DNA of 64,000 nt from Gemmatimonadota bacterium (GTDB lineage: Bacteria; Gemmatimonadota; Gemmatimonadetes; Gemmatimonadales; GWC2-71-9), in NCBI GenBank assembly GCA_039586365.1, contig JBDHKN010000018.1:22643-86642 (forward strand). The letters are read 5' to 3'. A program made the translations under genes and the position numbers. This document shows positions 1-9,006 of the stretch, in pieces (the stretch's first letter is position 1; every line of letters starts with the position of its first letter). A model generated the notes under the pieces. It was not told the origin of the DNA and did not search any database. It was given only the letters and a program-made list of their open reading frames with translations.

Positions 1-819
1 GAAGTCCTCCTCGGCGTCACGCCATCCCTTGAGATCCAGCCCGTCCAGATCGGCGATTGCGCGGTCGATACGTGCCAGCGTTGCCGACTCGCCCGCAATC
101 TGACTGAAGCGCATTGCCAACTCGGTAGCCTCACCCTCCATTCCCAGCATGTCGCGAGCTGTCTCGAGGGGAATGAAGAAACTGCCCTGGTCAATCAGGG
201 GATTACCGGTTCCTATCACGCCGGTGATTGGAATGTCGATCGCCTCGTATGCACCGGCCTTCGTCTTTGCCAGAACTGTGAGCCAGTCGCCGACGCCGAG
301 CCCGAACATCTCAGCCAGTCCGCTGCCCAGAAGCATGCCTTCCTCTCCAGGCGATAGGTACTCCCCGTCGACCACTGCCTGAGGTATGCGGAATACCTCG
401 GTGTCGCTGCCCCACACCTGAATGCCGATTCCGAGGCAGGGAATCTGATCGGCGCCGTCGGACAGGTGCGCCTGGAAAGTGAGCCGGGGCGTCGTCGCCG
501 CCACACCGTCCACGGACGATACGGATGCCCGTATCGCATCCAGGTCCGTGAGCGAGCGGTCGAGCGGAAGCTCTTCACGTATCTCGAAGTAACCGGTCGC
601 ATATAGCTTGGCATGCCCGGTCTGGTAGTTGATCAGGTTGTCGTAGGACTGGCGCTCGATCCCGACGATCATGGACCAGGTGATCTGGAGAAAGAACACG
701 GCTAGGCCGACGGTCGTTGCTGTTATCCAGGTGCGGCGGTGGTTGCGCCGTAGGTTACGCCAGCCCAGACGCAAGACGGTAGCCGGACCCAGCTTGCCCG
801 GGAATATCTCAGGCGACAT
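1..819 (-). CDS. ABC transporter permease (FtsX/LolE/MacB-like), 3' end runs off the window
   Basis: Not in ORF track. ATG at 819 with GGAGG RBS, overlapping the ATPase stop; translates MSPEIFPGKLGPATVLRLGWRNLRRNHRRTWITATTVGLAV..., a typical permease N-terminus (WRNLxRxxRRT). Confidence 0.85.
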   Translation of the reverse strand, partial: MSPEIFPGKLGPATVLRLGWRNLRRNHRRTWITATTVGLAVFFLQITWSMIVGIERQSYDNLINYQTGHAKLYATGYFEIREELPLDRSLTDLDAIRASVSSVDGVAATTPRLTFQAHLSDGADQIPCLGIGIQVWGSDTEVFRIPQAVVDGEYLSPGEEGMLLGSGLAEMFGLGVGDWLTVLAKTKAGAYEAIDIPITGVIGTGNPLIDQGSFFIPLETARDMLGMEGEATELAMRFSQIAGESATLARIDRAIADLDGLDLKGWRDAEEDF

Positions 820-1519
820 CGCGGCCTCCATTCTTGCGCTCATCTGACTCGATGAGACCATCGCGCAAGCGAACCAAGCGCGTTGCTCTCTCCATCACCA
901 TTGGATCGTGGGTCGAGAACACGAATGTGGTACCGTGTTTCTCGTTCATCGCCTGCATGAGATCGATGATCTCACCGGCGGTACCGCTGTCGAGGTTTGC
1001 GGTGGGTTCATCTGCGAGCACGAGGGTCGGGTTCTTTACCAACGCCCGCGCGATTGCCACGCGCTGTTGCTGGCCTCCGCTCAACTCCGTCGGACGGCGC
1101 TCGGCCATCTCACCAAGTCCGACTTCGCTCAAGATGTTGTCAACTCGTTCGCGACGTTCGCCCTTGTGCGCCATCCCGTGGAGTTGTAGCGGGAACTCCA
1201 CGTTCTCTCTCACTGTGAGCACTGGAATCAGATTGAAGGTCTGAAACACGAATCCCAGATGTGTGTTGCGAAAATCGGCGAGATCTTTGAAAGACATCCC
1301 ATCGGTTGAACGGCCCCCGATCTCGATGGTACCGGAGGTGGGTGTGTCCAATGCGCCGAGTAGGTTGAGGATCGTAGTCTTGCCGGATCCTGACGGCCCC
1401 GCGATCGACAGGAACGCGGCTGCCTCAATAGCGAGACTCACTCCGCGCACGGCGAGGACTTCCAGGTCTCCCACTCGATAGATCTTCTTGACTTCCTCTA
1501 GTCGCGCTTTGACGGTCAT
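809..1519 (-). CDS. ABC transporter ATP-binding protein (LolD/MacB type)
   Basis: Walker A GPSGSGKT, signature LSGGQQQR, Walker B LADEPT, H-loop STHD. Confidence 0.95.
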   Translation of the reverse strand: MTVKARLEEVKKIYRVGDLEVLAVRGVSLAIEAAAFLSIAGPSGSGKTTILNLLGALDTPTSGTIEIGGRSTDGMSFKDLADFRNTHLGFVFQTFNLIPVLTVRENVEFPLQLHGMAHKGERRERVDNILSEVGLGEMAERRPTELSGGQQQRVAIARALVKNPTLVLADEPTANLDSGTAGEIIDLMQAMNEKHGTTFVFSTHDPMVMERATRLVRLRDGLIESDERKNGGRDVA

Positions 1520-1522
1520 GGT

Positions 1523-2011
1523 TCACATCCTTCGTTGCTTGCGGGACTTGTTCCGGTCCTGCTCGGCTCGCCAGCGAGCCACCATCTCGTTGGTCTCGGC
1601 AATGGCGAACTCGTAGAAATCCCGCATCTCCGTCAATCTGGTGCGGGCGGCCAAATTGGCCTCATCAATCGCGGTCAAGCCATGCCGGGCCAGTCGAATC
1701 AGTTCCTGAGCGACTTGGAGCCGAATGGTGATCGCCCGTTCAAAGGAGCCGGGCGAAGCCTCATAGTAGTCACGGCGGTCTCCAGGGACACTGACCCGCT
1801 GGGCAAGACCAAGCTGTTCGCAGACCCTAGCGTTGGTGCTTATCGACGCCTTGCTTACCTGGAGTAGCGCGGTTATCTCGTTGAGTGACAGAGGCTTATC
1901 TGCAATCATCAGGAGCCCATGAACCCGTCCCGATGTTCGCGTGCCGCCCAGCCGCTCCCAGATCAACCCCATCTGTTCAACGAAGTCACGCTCCTCATGT
2001 GTCAACTGCAT
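1523..2011 (-). CDS. GbsR/MarR-family transcriptional regulator
   Basis: FVEQMG...GRVHGLL...SKASIST...GDRRDYY pattern; ATG at 2011 preferred over 2047. Confidence 0.85.
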   Translation of the reverse strand: MQLTHEERDFVEQMGLIWERLGGTRTSGRVHGLLMIADKPLSLNEITALLQVSKASISTNARVCEQLGLAQRVSVPGDRRDYYEASPGSFERAITIRLQVAQELIRLARHGLTAIDEANLAARTRLTEMRDFYEFAIAETNEMVARWRAEQDRNKSRKQRRM

Positions 2012-2052
2012 ATGCCGCCACCCTCGTTCTGCTACCGGAACCAACATTCACT

Positions 2053-2074
2053 ACGTTCAGTTTGTTCTTAACGT
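2053..2074. promoter_or_regulatory. Candidate operator upstream of the GbsR-like gene
   Basis: Imperfect inverted repeat ACGTTCAG-N6-CTTAACGT in an AT-rich gap. Confidence 0.35.
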
Positions 2075-2096
2075 TTCAAATACCAGCGATCTGCCT

Positions 2097-2906
2097 CTAT
2101 TGCAAGTGACTCTCAAACGGTGTGGCAAACAGGTCCCAGTCACTCTCGTCGATGAGGCTACGTGCCTCTTCACCCAGCAGCGCCAGCAGCCGTGGCAGGT
2201 ATAAGTCGGTCCGGAGGTGGTGTTCCGCCACGAATACGAATAGCGGGCTCCGGGTCCACGATGCCTTCGCCCTGTTCTGGGTGAGTAACTCCCCGATGAG
2301 CGCCTCCCTGCCGTCCGCAACCAGCACCATCCACAATCCCTCGAGTCGATTGGATGCCTGCACTGGGACCGGTGAGACGACAACTCGACCCTCGGGGAAG
2401 TCCAGCTCGCTCGTACTGTAGACGACTACCTGAACACCGCGCTCGGCAGCGTTGCTGAGTGGCTTACGCAAGGTGTGGAAGGTCTCGGGGAGTAGAGCTA
2501 GATACACCCGCGCTTGTGCCTGGCCGAGCATCTCCTTCGCCTTCGCCATCACGTTGTCGTGTCCCTCGATGTTCCAGATGTACTCGAGGTTCGTTTCGGA
2601 GCTGACGCTGCTGAGGTTGTCCTTCAGAGCCGTGACCAGGTCCTCATGGTCCCGCTGCAGTTTGTCGAGAAACTCGGCGGCAGGGATCGGAGAGTATTTG
2701 GTGCCTCCCTCCTTGCGCAACGTCATTGCCGCACCCCGAACCACGAGCTTGCCCAGTACCTCATAGATCATCGACCGCGGCACACCTGAGCCCTTGGAGA
2801 CCTGATAGCCTGTCGCTGGATTCTCCTGCAAGAGTGCTAGGTAGGCCTTGGACTCATATTCGGAAAAACCCAGGCTCACTAGCTTGTCGACGGTATTGGA
2901 ACCCAT
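2097..2906 (-). CDS. TrmB-family transcriptional regulator
   Basis: LGFSEYESKAYLALL...SGVPRSMIYEVL wHTH plus C-terminal TrmB effector domain. Confidence 0.9.
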   Translation of the reverse strand: MGSNTVDKLVSLGFSEYESKAYLALLQENPATGYQVSKGSGVPRSMIYEVLGKLVVRGAAMTLRKEGGTKYSPIPAAEFLDKLQRDHEDLVTALKDNLSSVSSETNLEYIWNIEGHDNVMAKAKEMLGQAQARVYLALLPETFHTLRKPLSNAAERGVQVVVYSTSELDFPEGRVVVSPVPVQASNRLEGLWMVLVADGREALIGELLTQNRAKASWTRSPLFVFVAEHHLRTDLYLPRLLALLGEEARSLIDESDWDLFATPFESHLQ

Positions 2907-2924
2907 TGTTCGGCCCTATACGTG

Positions 2925-2938
2925 GTTAGTACACTAAC
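2925..2938. promoter_or_regulatory. Candidate TrmB autoregulatory operator
   Basis: GTTAGT-AC-ACTAAC inverted repeat about 20 bp upstream of the start codon. Confidence 0.4.
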
Positions 2939-3157
2939 TGAGTGGTTGTTAAGCTAACGTCTTCATTCTCTATACGCAATATTGCGCCTGATGTTTCAAC
3001 TGGAGACGGGGGGTAGAATGTGACGAGGCGTGAGCAATAAGTGGTGAGCAGTGGGCGCCATTCCTCGCTTATCAACCGTTGGGACATCATCTTACGGCCA
3101 GTTTGGGTGGGCGTCTGAGGCCGGACGGGTTGGCGCTCGCACCATCGAGCCGCGGAA

Positions 3158-4451
3158 ATGAGGCATATGACTTCGACACATACGATCGAGCAACGGCGGA
3201 ACATCTGGTCTCGTGCAGCTGAGTTGGCGGCTGAGACTCCGGAGTCGCGTAACCGCTACGTGGATTTCCTGCGCGCCCTGTCGATTGGGGCTGTGGTGAT
3301 TGGGCATTGGCTGGTCGCCGCCCCGTACTTGAATGGCGGGGAGATCAACCTGGAGAACATGCTCTATTACCAGCCCTGGACCCAGTGGCTCACCTGGGCG
3401 TTTCAGGTCATGTCCGTCTTTTTCATCGTGGGTGGATACTCCAACGGGGTCTCTTGGCGATCGGCCCAGCGATCGAATCGCAGGTACGCTGAGTGGTTGA
3501 GCGGGCGACTGCAACGACTGGTAGGTCCCGTGTTGCCGCTGCTGTTCGTTTGGGCGTTGCTCGGCGCTATCGCTCACTGGTGGGGAGTCGATCCCGGGTT
3601 GATCAAGCTGGGCTCCCAAATGGCGCTCATCCCGATCTGGTTCCTTGCGGTATACGTAGGCGCTGTAGTGCTGGTGCCGGTCACTCATGCGGCCTGGCAA
3701 CGCTTCGGCATGTGGTCGTTTGTGGCACTTGCCGTCGCCGCCGCGTTGGATGATGTTGGTCTGGCTGGCCGTACATCAGCTGGGTTACGCGTGGCATGAT
3801 GGAAGACTCACGGGACTCTCGAAATTGCTCCCGCTGTGTCTTGGAGCTCTGCTGATACTGGTTGGCCTCGTGACCCTGGGGCCTTATCCACTGAGCATGG
3901 TCAGTGTGCCGGGTGAGGCTGTCAGTAACTCGCTGCCACCCAAGCTCACGATGCTGGCGCTAGGTGTGTTCCAGGGTGGCCTGCTCCTCTCCTTGGAAGC
4001 GCCGCTACGTCGCTGGCTTACGCGCATGACGCCGTGGACGGCAACGGTGCTGGTGAACGGGATGATCATGACGATCTACCTCTGGCACCTGAGCGCCATG
4101 GCATTGATCGCCGGTCTGGGGCTGGCGACTGGCTTTGCAGGTTTGACTCTGGTACCAGGGAGTGGCGTGTGGTGGCTGTGCCGACCGGTGTGGATTGCTA
4201 TCCTCCTGGTTGTCTTGGCTCTATTCGGACTGATCTTCGGGCGGTTCGAACGCTCCGCTGCTGGGTCTGGCAGTATCGGCGCGTGGCGACTCATAGTTGG
4301 ATCTGCACTAGTGTGTGGTGGACTGGCCTTGGTGGCGCTGGACGGGGTCGGAGGAAGTGGTTGGCTCGGGATTCGCATCTGGGTAATCGCGCTTCCGTTT
4401 GTTGGGGCGGCTGTAGCAGGAGTGAACCCAATGCGCAGCCGGCCGGGTTAG
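3158..4451 (+). pseudogene. Acyltransferase_3 family membrane acyltransferase, frameshifted near 3755
   Basis: N-half (RNRYVDFLRALSI..VVIGHW..FFIVGG) in ORF 3158-3799; C-half (LVWLAVHQLGYAW..MTIYLWH) in a second frame, ORF 3687-4451. Confidence 0.8.
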
Positions 4452-4699
4452 CTATCAAGCGTTCGCCGTGCACTCTCATTGATTCTCACGCCACGATCGT
4501 CCGTGTACTCCAAGAGATCGCCGGGCTGACATTGGAGTTCTCGGCAGAGCGCATCCAGGGTGGAAAACCGGATCGCCTTGGCTTTGTTGGTCTTGAGGAT
4601 TGACAGGTTGGCGAGTGTGAGGCCCACCCGCTCTGAGAGCTCGGTGAGGCTCATCTTCCTTTTCACCAGGACCAAGTCGAGGTTCACCGAGATCGGCAT
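4448..4699 (-). CDS. XRE/Cro-CI HTH regulator (YozG-like)
   Basis: MPISVNLD..RKMSLTELSERVG..NLSILKTNKAKAIRFSTL..CQPGDLLEY; usual partner of DUF2975. Confidence 0.9.
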   Translation of the reverse strand: MPISVNLDLVLVKRKMSLTELSERVGLTLANLSILKTNKAKAIRFSTLDALCRELQCQPGDLLEYTDDRGVRINESARRTLDS

Positions 4700-4756
4700 G
4701 GCCTGCTGCTCGAAGTGTTGGTAAGACGTCGAGGCCACATCATCTGCCGCCTGGCG

Positions 4757-5260
4757 TCAAATCGTGAGCGACTGGTCACTCTCCAGTCGCGAGCCGTATT
4801 CGAAGACGGTGGCGAGAACCAGGAGCAGCAGACCCACAAGTATCACTCCGACGTCTAAATCAAATGGCGGACTCAATACAATCCCTTCGGTGATTACCTG
4901 ATCCAAGACCAGTCGTGCGACAGAGTACTCTGTCATCGGAACGGCGACCGCACCAATCATCAGTATCAAGCCGATCCATCGCATACGGCGGACGTTTGTA
5001 GCGGCGAAGGGGTGTCCCTCCATGACAGTTACATTGATCTTCCGAAGCATGTAGATGACGAAGAGAACAGCGAATGTACCCACCAGCATTCTCACGGCGC
5101 TTACAAAGTGGAGCCACCAACTGGTGGTCAGGAATCGCAGCTCGCCCCGTCCCTCTACAATGCGCAACGACTCAATAGATGCCGACCCGGACGCCTCTGC
5201 TCTCACTGACAGGACGGGTCGCACCGAGCCTGACCCAATTCTGTTCCTCACTGTGTACAT
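4757..5260 (-). CDS. DUF2975 family membrane protein, probably 5'-truncated
   Basis: G.PF...NVRRMRWIG and VFEYGSRLESDQSLTI C-terminus; no N-terminal TM helix and no clear RBS. Confidence 0.75.
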   Translation of the reverse strand: MYTVRNRIGSGSVRPVLSVRAEASGSASIESLRIVEGRGELRFLTTSWWLHFVSAVRMLVGTFAVLFVIYMLRKINVTVMEGHPFAATNVRRMRWIGLILMIGAVAVPMTEYSVARLVLDQVITEGIVLSPPFDLDVGVILVGLLLLVLATVFEYGSRLESDQSLTI

Positions 5261-5334
5261 TCATGCGGTCGTGATTCTGCAGGCAGGTTAATGACTTTAG
5301 CCAACCACGAGTAGTGCGTTAACGAGGGGCGAAG

Positions 5335-6855
5335 ATGACGCTGACTCTCAAAGGAACTGGACTGACTATAGAGGATGTCGTGCAGGTTTCCCGGGGCGGG
5401 TTACGGGTACAGCTGCACCCGAAGGCGGAGGAGAGAATTCTAGCATGCCGTTCCATGCTCGAGAGGAAGCTAGCAGCGCATGAGATCATCTACGGCATCA
5501 ACACAGGGATCGGTGAATTCTCGGAGACCAGGCTTGCGGACGATGAGGTCAAGCGGTTTCAGCGCTACCTGATCTACAACCACGCTGCTGGCATTGGGGA
5601 TCCTGCACCAGAGGAATACGTCCGAGCAGCGATGCTATCACGCGCCAACGTGCACGCCAAGGGGCGCTCGGGTATGCGACTCGAGATGACGCAGCTCCTG
5701 GTTGAAATGCTGAACCGAGGGGTCACACCGTTCGTCTGCCAGAAAGGCTCTGTTGGAGCCTCTGGTGACCTGGCGCCGATGTCGCAGATAGCGCTGGTCG
5801 CCATAGGCGAGGGACAGGCATGGTTCGAGGGCGAGCTCCTGCCCGGCCACGAGGCGCTCAGGCGAGCAGGTCTGGAACCGGCCGTGCTACATGCCCGTGA
5901 TGGCCTCGCCATGATAAACGGTTCCAACTTCCTAAACGGCATGAGCGCGCTCCACCTGTACGACGCAAACCGCTGGTTGAAACAGGCCGAGATCGCTGCC
6001 GCAATGACGCTGGAAGCGTTGAACGCCAACATGAGACCGTATGAGCCCAGGCTGCACCAAGAGCGCGGGTTCGCTGGAGCGGTGCGAAGTGCCAAGGCGA
6101 TCATGAAGTGCATACATGGGAGCGACGTGCTCGAAGCGGACAGGAAGAAGGTGCAGGACGCCTATTCAATGCGTAGTACCCCTCAGGTGATTGGTGCAGC
6201 TCACGATGCCTTGGGCTTCGCACGCAGTCAGGTGGAGATCGAGCTGAACGGCGTTGGTGACAATCCGGTCTTCTTGGCTGAAGACGACGTGAGTCTGACG
6301 GGAGCGAACTTCCAAGGCACTCCTGTGTCGCTGCCGATGGAGCTGATGGGGATGGCCGTAACAATGGTGTCGGTCTTGTCCGAGCGCCGACTGAATCGCC
6401 TACTCAACCCTGCGCTGTCGGTCGGGCTACCGCCGTTCCTCACAGAGAATCCCGGGTTGAACAGCGGTTTCATGCTGTCCCAATACACGGCCGGCACTCT
6501 GATTGTGGAACAACGGATGCTCTCGGCTCCGGCCGCAACCGCATCGATCCCGGCGGCTGCCGATCAGGAAGACTTCGTTAGTATGGGGATGAACACAGCG
6601 ATCAAGAACGGTCAAGTGCTCGAGAACGCCTATGGCGTACTGGGGATTGAGTTCATGGCTGCTGCCCAGGCACTCGATCTCCGCGGGCACAAGGTCGGAA
6701 AGGGGGTCGCGGCTGCGCGTGAAGTTGTCAGAAGCCGAGTCGAATACCTCGCGGAAGATAGACCTCTCTATCCGGATCACACAGCGATGGCGGATCTGGT
6801 CAAATCATGCCAGATCCTCGAGGCGGTGGAAGCAGCGGTCGGGCCGTTGGAGTGA
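5335..6855 (+). CDS. hutH: MIO-dependent aromatic amino-acid ammonia-lyase (histidine ammonia-lyase-like)
   Basis: GSVGASGDLAP (MIO-forming ASG), YGINTG, QDAYSMR, QEDFVSM; specificity loop LIYNH. Confidence 0.85.
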   Translation: MTLTLKGTGLTIEDVVQVSRGGLRVQLHPKAEERILACRSMLERKLAAHEIIYGINTGIGEFSETRLADDEVKRFQRYLIYNHAAGIGDPAPEEYVRAAMLSRANVHAKGRSGMRLEMTQLLVEMLNRGVTPFVCQKGSVGASGDLAPMSQIALVAIGEGQAWFEGELLPGHEALRRAGLEPAVLHARDGLAMINGSNFLNGMSALHLYDANRWLKQAEIAAAMTLEALNANMRPYEPRLHQERGFAGAVRSAKAIMKCIHGSDVLEADRKKVQDAYSMRSTPQVIGAAHDALGFARSQVEIELNGVGDNPVFLAEDDVSLTGANFQGTPVSLPMELMGMAVTMVSVLSERRLNRLLNPALSVGLPPFLTENPGLNSGFMLSQYTAGTLIVEQRMLSAPAATASIPAAADQEDFVSMGMNTAIKNGQVLENAYGVLGIEFMAAAQALDLRGHKVGKGVAAAREVVRSRVEYLAEDRPLYPDHTAMADLVKSCQILEAVEAAVGPLE

Positions 6856-7104
6856 GTCAGTCTCGAGCCTGGTTGGGAGTGTGGCTTCCCCCAGCAGCTG
6901 TCAGTTGTGCCCCGCGCGGTCAGCATGAAGTGCGGGGCTTTTGACAAGCGCATTCCTGAGGCTCCGTCAGTGCTTCACATGCAGTTCACCGAGGTTTCAT
7001 TCAGGAGCGACATAATTGCTACGGTCTCCTTGAATCCGAACCAGGACTTCCCCGTCAGGAGGAAGTGGAGGATCGCGAACCCGCGCCACGTGAAAGGAGA
7101 ATCC

Positions 7105-7428
7105 GTGACCGAACTGTTCGTAGGTGCAGCCGTAGCTACAGGCTTCTGGCTGACCGTGCAATTCACTCGTAGGAAGTCCCTCGCGGTCAGATGGTGGCAG
7201 TGGGGCCTGACAGTGTTGGGTTTCATCTATCTGGTGTTTGTGGCTGAGGTTGTGGTTGGCTTCCTGAGGGAAGGGACTCCCAAGGGCGCAGTGGTGATGG
7301 GAACGATGTTGGGTTTCGTAGCGGTTGTGTGGGGTGTCCTATTGGGACGGTTCGTCTTTCGCGGCAATCTCGCACCGAGGGCTGAGAGCGGTGAGGTGTC
7401 AGGGACAGGAGGTGAACATGTCGCATAG
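7105..7428 (+). CDS. rdhB: Reductive dehalogenase membrane anchor (RdhB-like)
   Basis: GTG after AAGGAG; ~107 aa with 3 TM helices, WWQW and EGxPxGA motifs; overlaps the rdhA start. Confidence 0.8.
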   Translation: MTELFVGAAVATGFWLTVQFTRRKSLAVRWWQWGLTVLGFIYLVFVAEVVVGFLREGTPKGAVVMGTMLGFVAVVWGVLLGRFVFRGNLAPRAESGEVSGTGGEHVA

Positions 7429-8821
7429 ATCCATGGACAGGCGAGAGTTTCTGGGATTGTTGGGTGCCGGCTCGGCCATCACGAGCGTTGGGTTCGGCGG
7501 CACGCGATTGGTAGCGCGGACGAACAGCGGCGCGGTAGTTGAGTCAGAGAGTGAGTACGGTGGCTTCTTGGTCGAAAAGCTGACGACCGGGCAAATCCCT
7601 TACGAATGCGATCCCACCGTGCTGCGACGGATGAGTGAGAAGAACACCGTGTTTAGCCGCAACGGGTGGGATCACGTCCGGCGGGACATCTTGACAGCGG
7701 CCGATGACATCACTGAAATCAACCTAGTGGAGGGTGAGGGGAAGAACCCTAATCAGACCAGGCTGGATTACGCGCTGATGGCGGCTGCGTGGCGACACGC
7801 GAACATGGGAGGCAGTGGTGGTGACTACGGCTGGGGTAGTGCCGGTGGGATGGTGAGAGACGCTGGGCTCCACGAGATGGGACCGTGGGATCCTGCCGAA
7901 TTGGGGATGACCTGGGAGGATGCATCTCTCGCCGTGAGACACGCCGCACTCTTCTACGGTGCTTCACTCGCTGGAATAGCCGAACTCAACCCGTTGTGGC
8001 TCTACGCGGATCACTACGCCCCCACCCGGGATAACGCCGAGCGAGCCGTCCCTGTCCAATCAGAAGGGGACCGGCTCGACCGGGGTGGGGATGCGTGGTA
8101 TATCCCACAGTCGATGAATCGGGTTATAGCCTTGGCGTTCGAGGAGTACTACTTCGGGATTGCCAACTCACCTGGAAGGTTGGCATCGGCAGCGACAGGT
8201 GACGGTTATTCGCGGATGGCGGTAACGTCGTCCACCCTTGCGGATTTCATACGGGGGCTGGGTTATCGGGCCTTACCGGCGGGCAATGGCGTTGGCTTGA
8301 GCATCCCCATGGCAATCGACGCCGGTTTGGGTCAGCTCGGACGCCTCGGGCTGCTCATCACGCCAAAGTACGGCCCTCGTGTCCGTCTCGCCAAAGTGAT
8401 AACCGACATGCCACTGGTTCCGAACAGTCCTATCGATTTCGGGGTGACGGAATTCTGCGACATCTGTATGCTGTGCGCTGACGAATGTCCGAGCGGCGCG
8501 ATCACCGATGGTCCACGTACCTGGGAGGGCAAATCGGTCTCCAACAATCCGGGCACACACAAATGGTATGTGGAACCCGAGAAGTGTTACGACTTCAATG
8601 GCTTCAGTTGCTCCAACTGCAAGCGTTGTTGCCCATTCAACAAGCCCAATGACTCGTGGCTCCATCGAATGATCAGAGAGGTCGTAGCTGGACGAATTAG
8701 GCCTGCTGATCGTGTGATGGTTCGTCTGGATCAAGTGAGTGGGTACGGGAGGCAGCTAGAGGATACCGAGTTTTGGAGGTTGGATGGGAGCAAGAGTGTC
8801 ACGGCGCGTGAGAGGATGTGA
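7418..8821 (+). CDS. rdhA: Reductive dehalogenase catalytic subunit 1 (Tat-exported, cobamide and 2x Fe-S)
   Basis: Tat DRREFL; GYSRM; AGLGQLGRLGLLITPKYGPRVRL; FCDICMLCADECP; CYDFNGFSCSNCKRCCP; AGGAGG RBS. Confidence 0.92.
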   Translation: MSHRSMDRREFLGLLGAGSAITSVGFGGTRLVARTNSGAVVESESEYGGFLVEKLTTGQIPYECDPTVLRRMSEKNTVFSRNGWDHVRRDILTAADDITEINLVEGEGKNPNQTRLDYALMAAAWRHANMGGSGGDYGWGSAGGMVRDAGLHEMGPWDPAELGMTWEDASLAVRHAALFYGASLAGIAELNPLWLYADHYAPTRDNAERAVPVQSEGDRLDRGGDAWYIPQSMNRVIALAFEEYYFGIANSPGRLASAATGDGYSRMAVTSSTLADFIRGLGYRALPAGNGVGLSIPMAIDAGLGQLGRLGLLITPKYGPRVRLAKVITDMPLVPNSPIDFGVTEFCDICMLCADECPSGAITDGPRTWEGKSVSNNPGTHKWYVEPEKCYDFNGFSCSNCKRCCPFNKPNDSWLHRMIREVVAGRIRPADRVMVRLDQVSGYGRQLEDTEFWRLDGSKSVTARERM

Positions 8822-9006
8822 ATTGAGGAAAGACCATGTCTGAAGCTGGCCTGCTATCTCGGGGGACAGCATTCTCAAAGCACCACTCACCTCACACGTG
8901 TTCGAAGAGGTTGACGATGTTCTCTCTGCTGCGGCGTAACAGGGAGAATTGCGGCACCTGTTCGATGGAATCACGACTGGCGAACCACCAAAAACGAGCG
9001 TGAACC

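Noticed and set aside
6856..7104. Possible cobalamin riboswitch, dehalobox or sigma-70 promoter upstream of rdhB1
   Set aside because: No B12-box or TTAAT-N4-ATTAA visible; TTGACA at 6941 has no properly spaced -10. A covariance-model search would be needed to exclude an RNA element.
8836..9003. 55-aa ORF with RBS between the two rdhA genes
   Set aside because: No recognisable motif or TM helix; it may be a decayed remnant, so it is not called.
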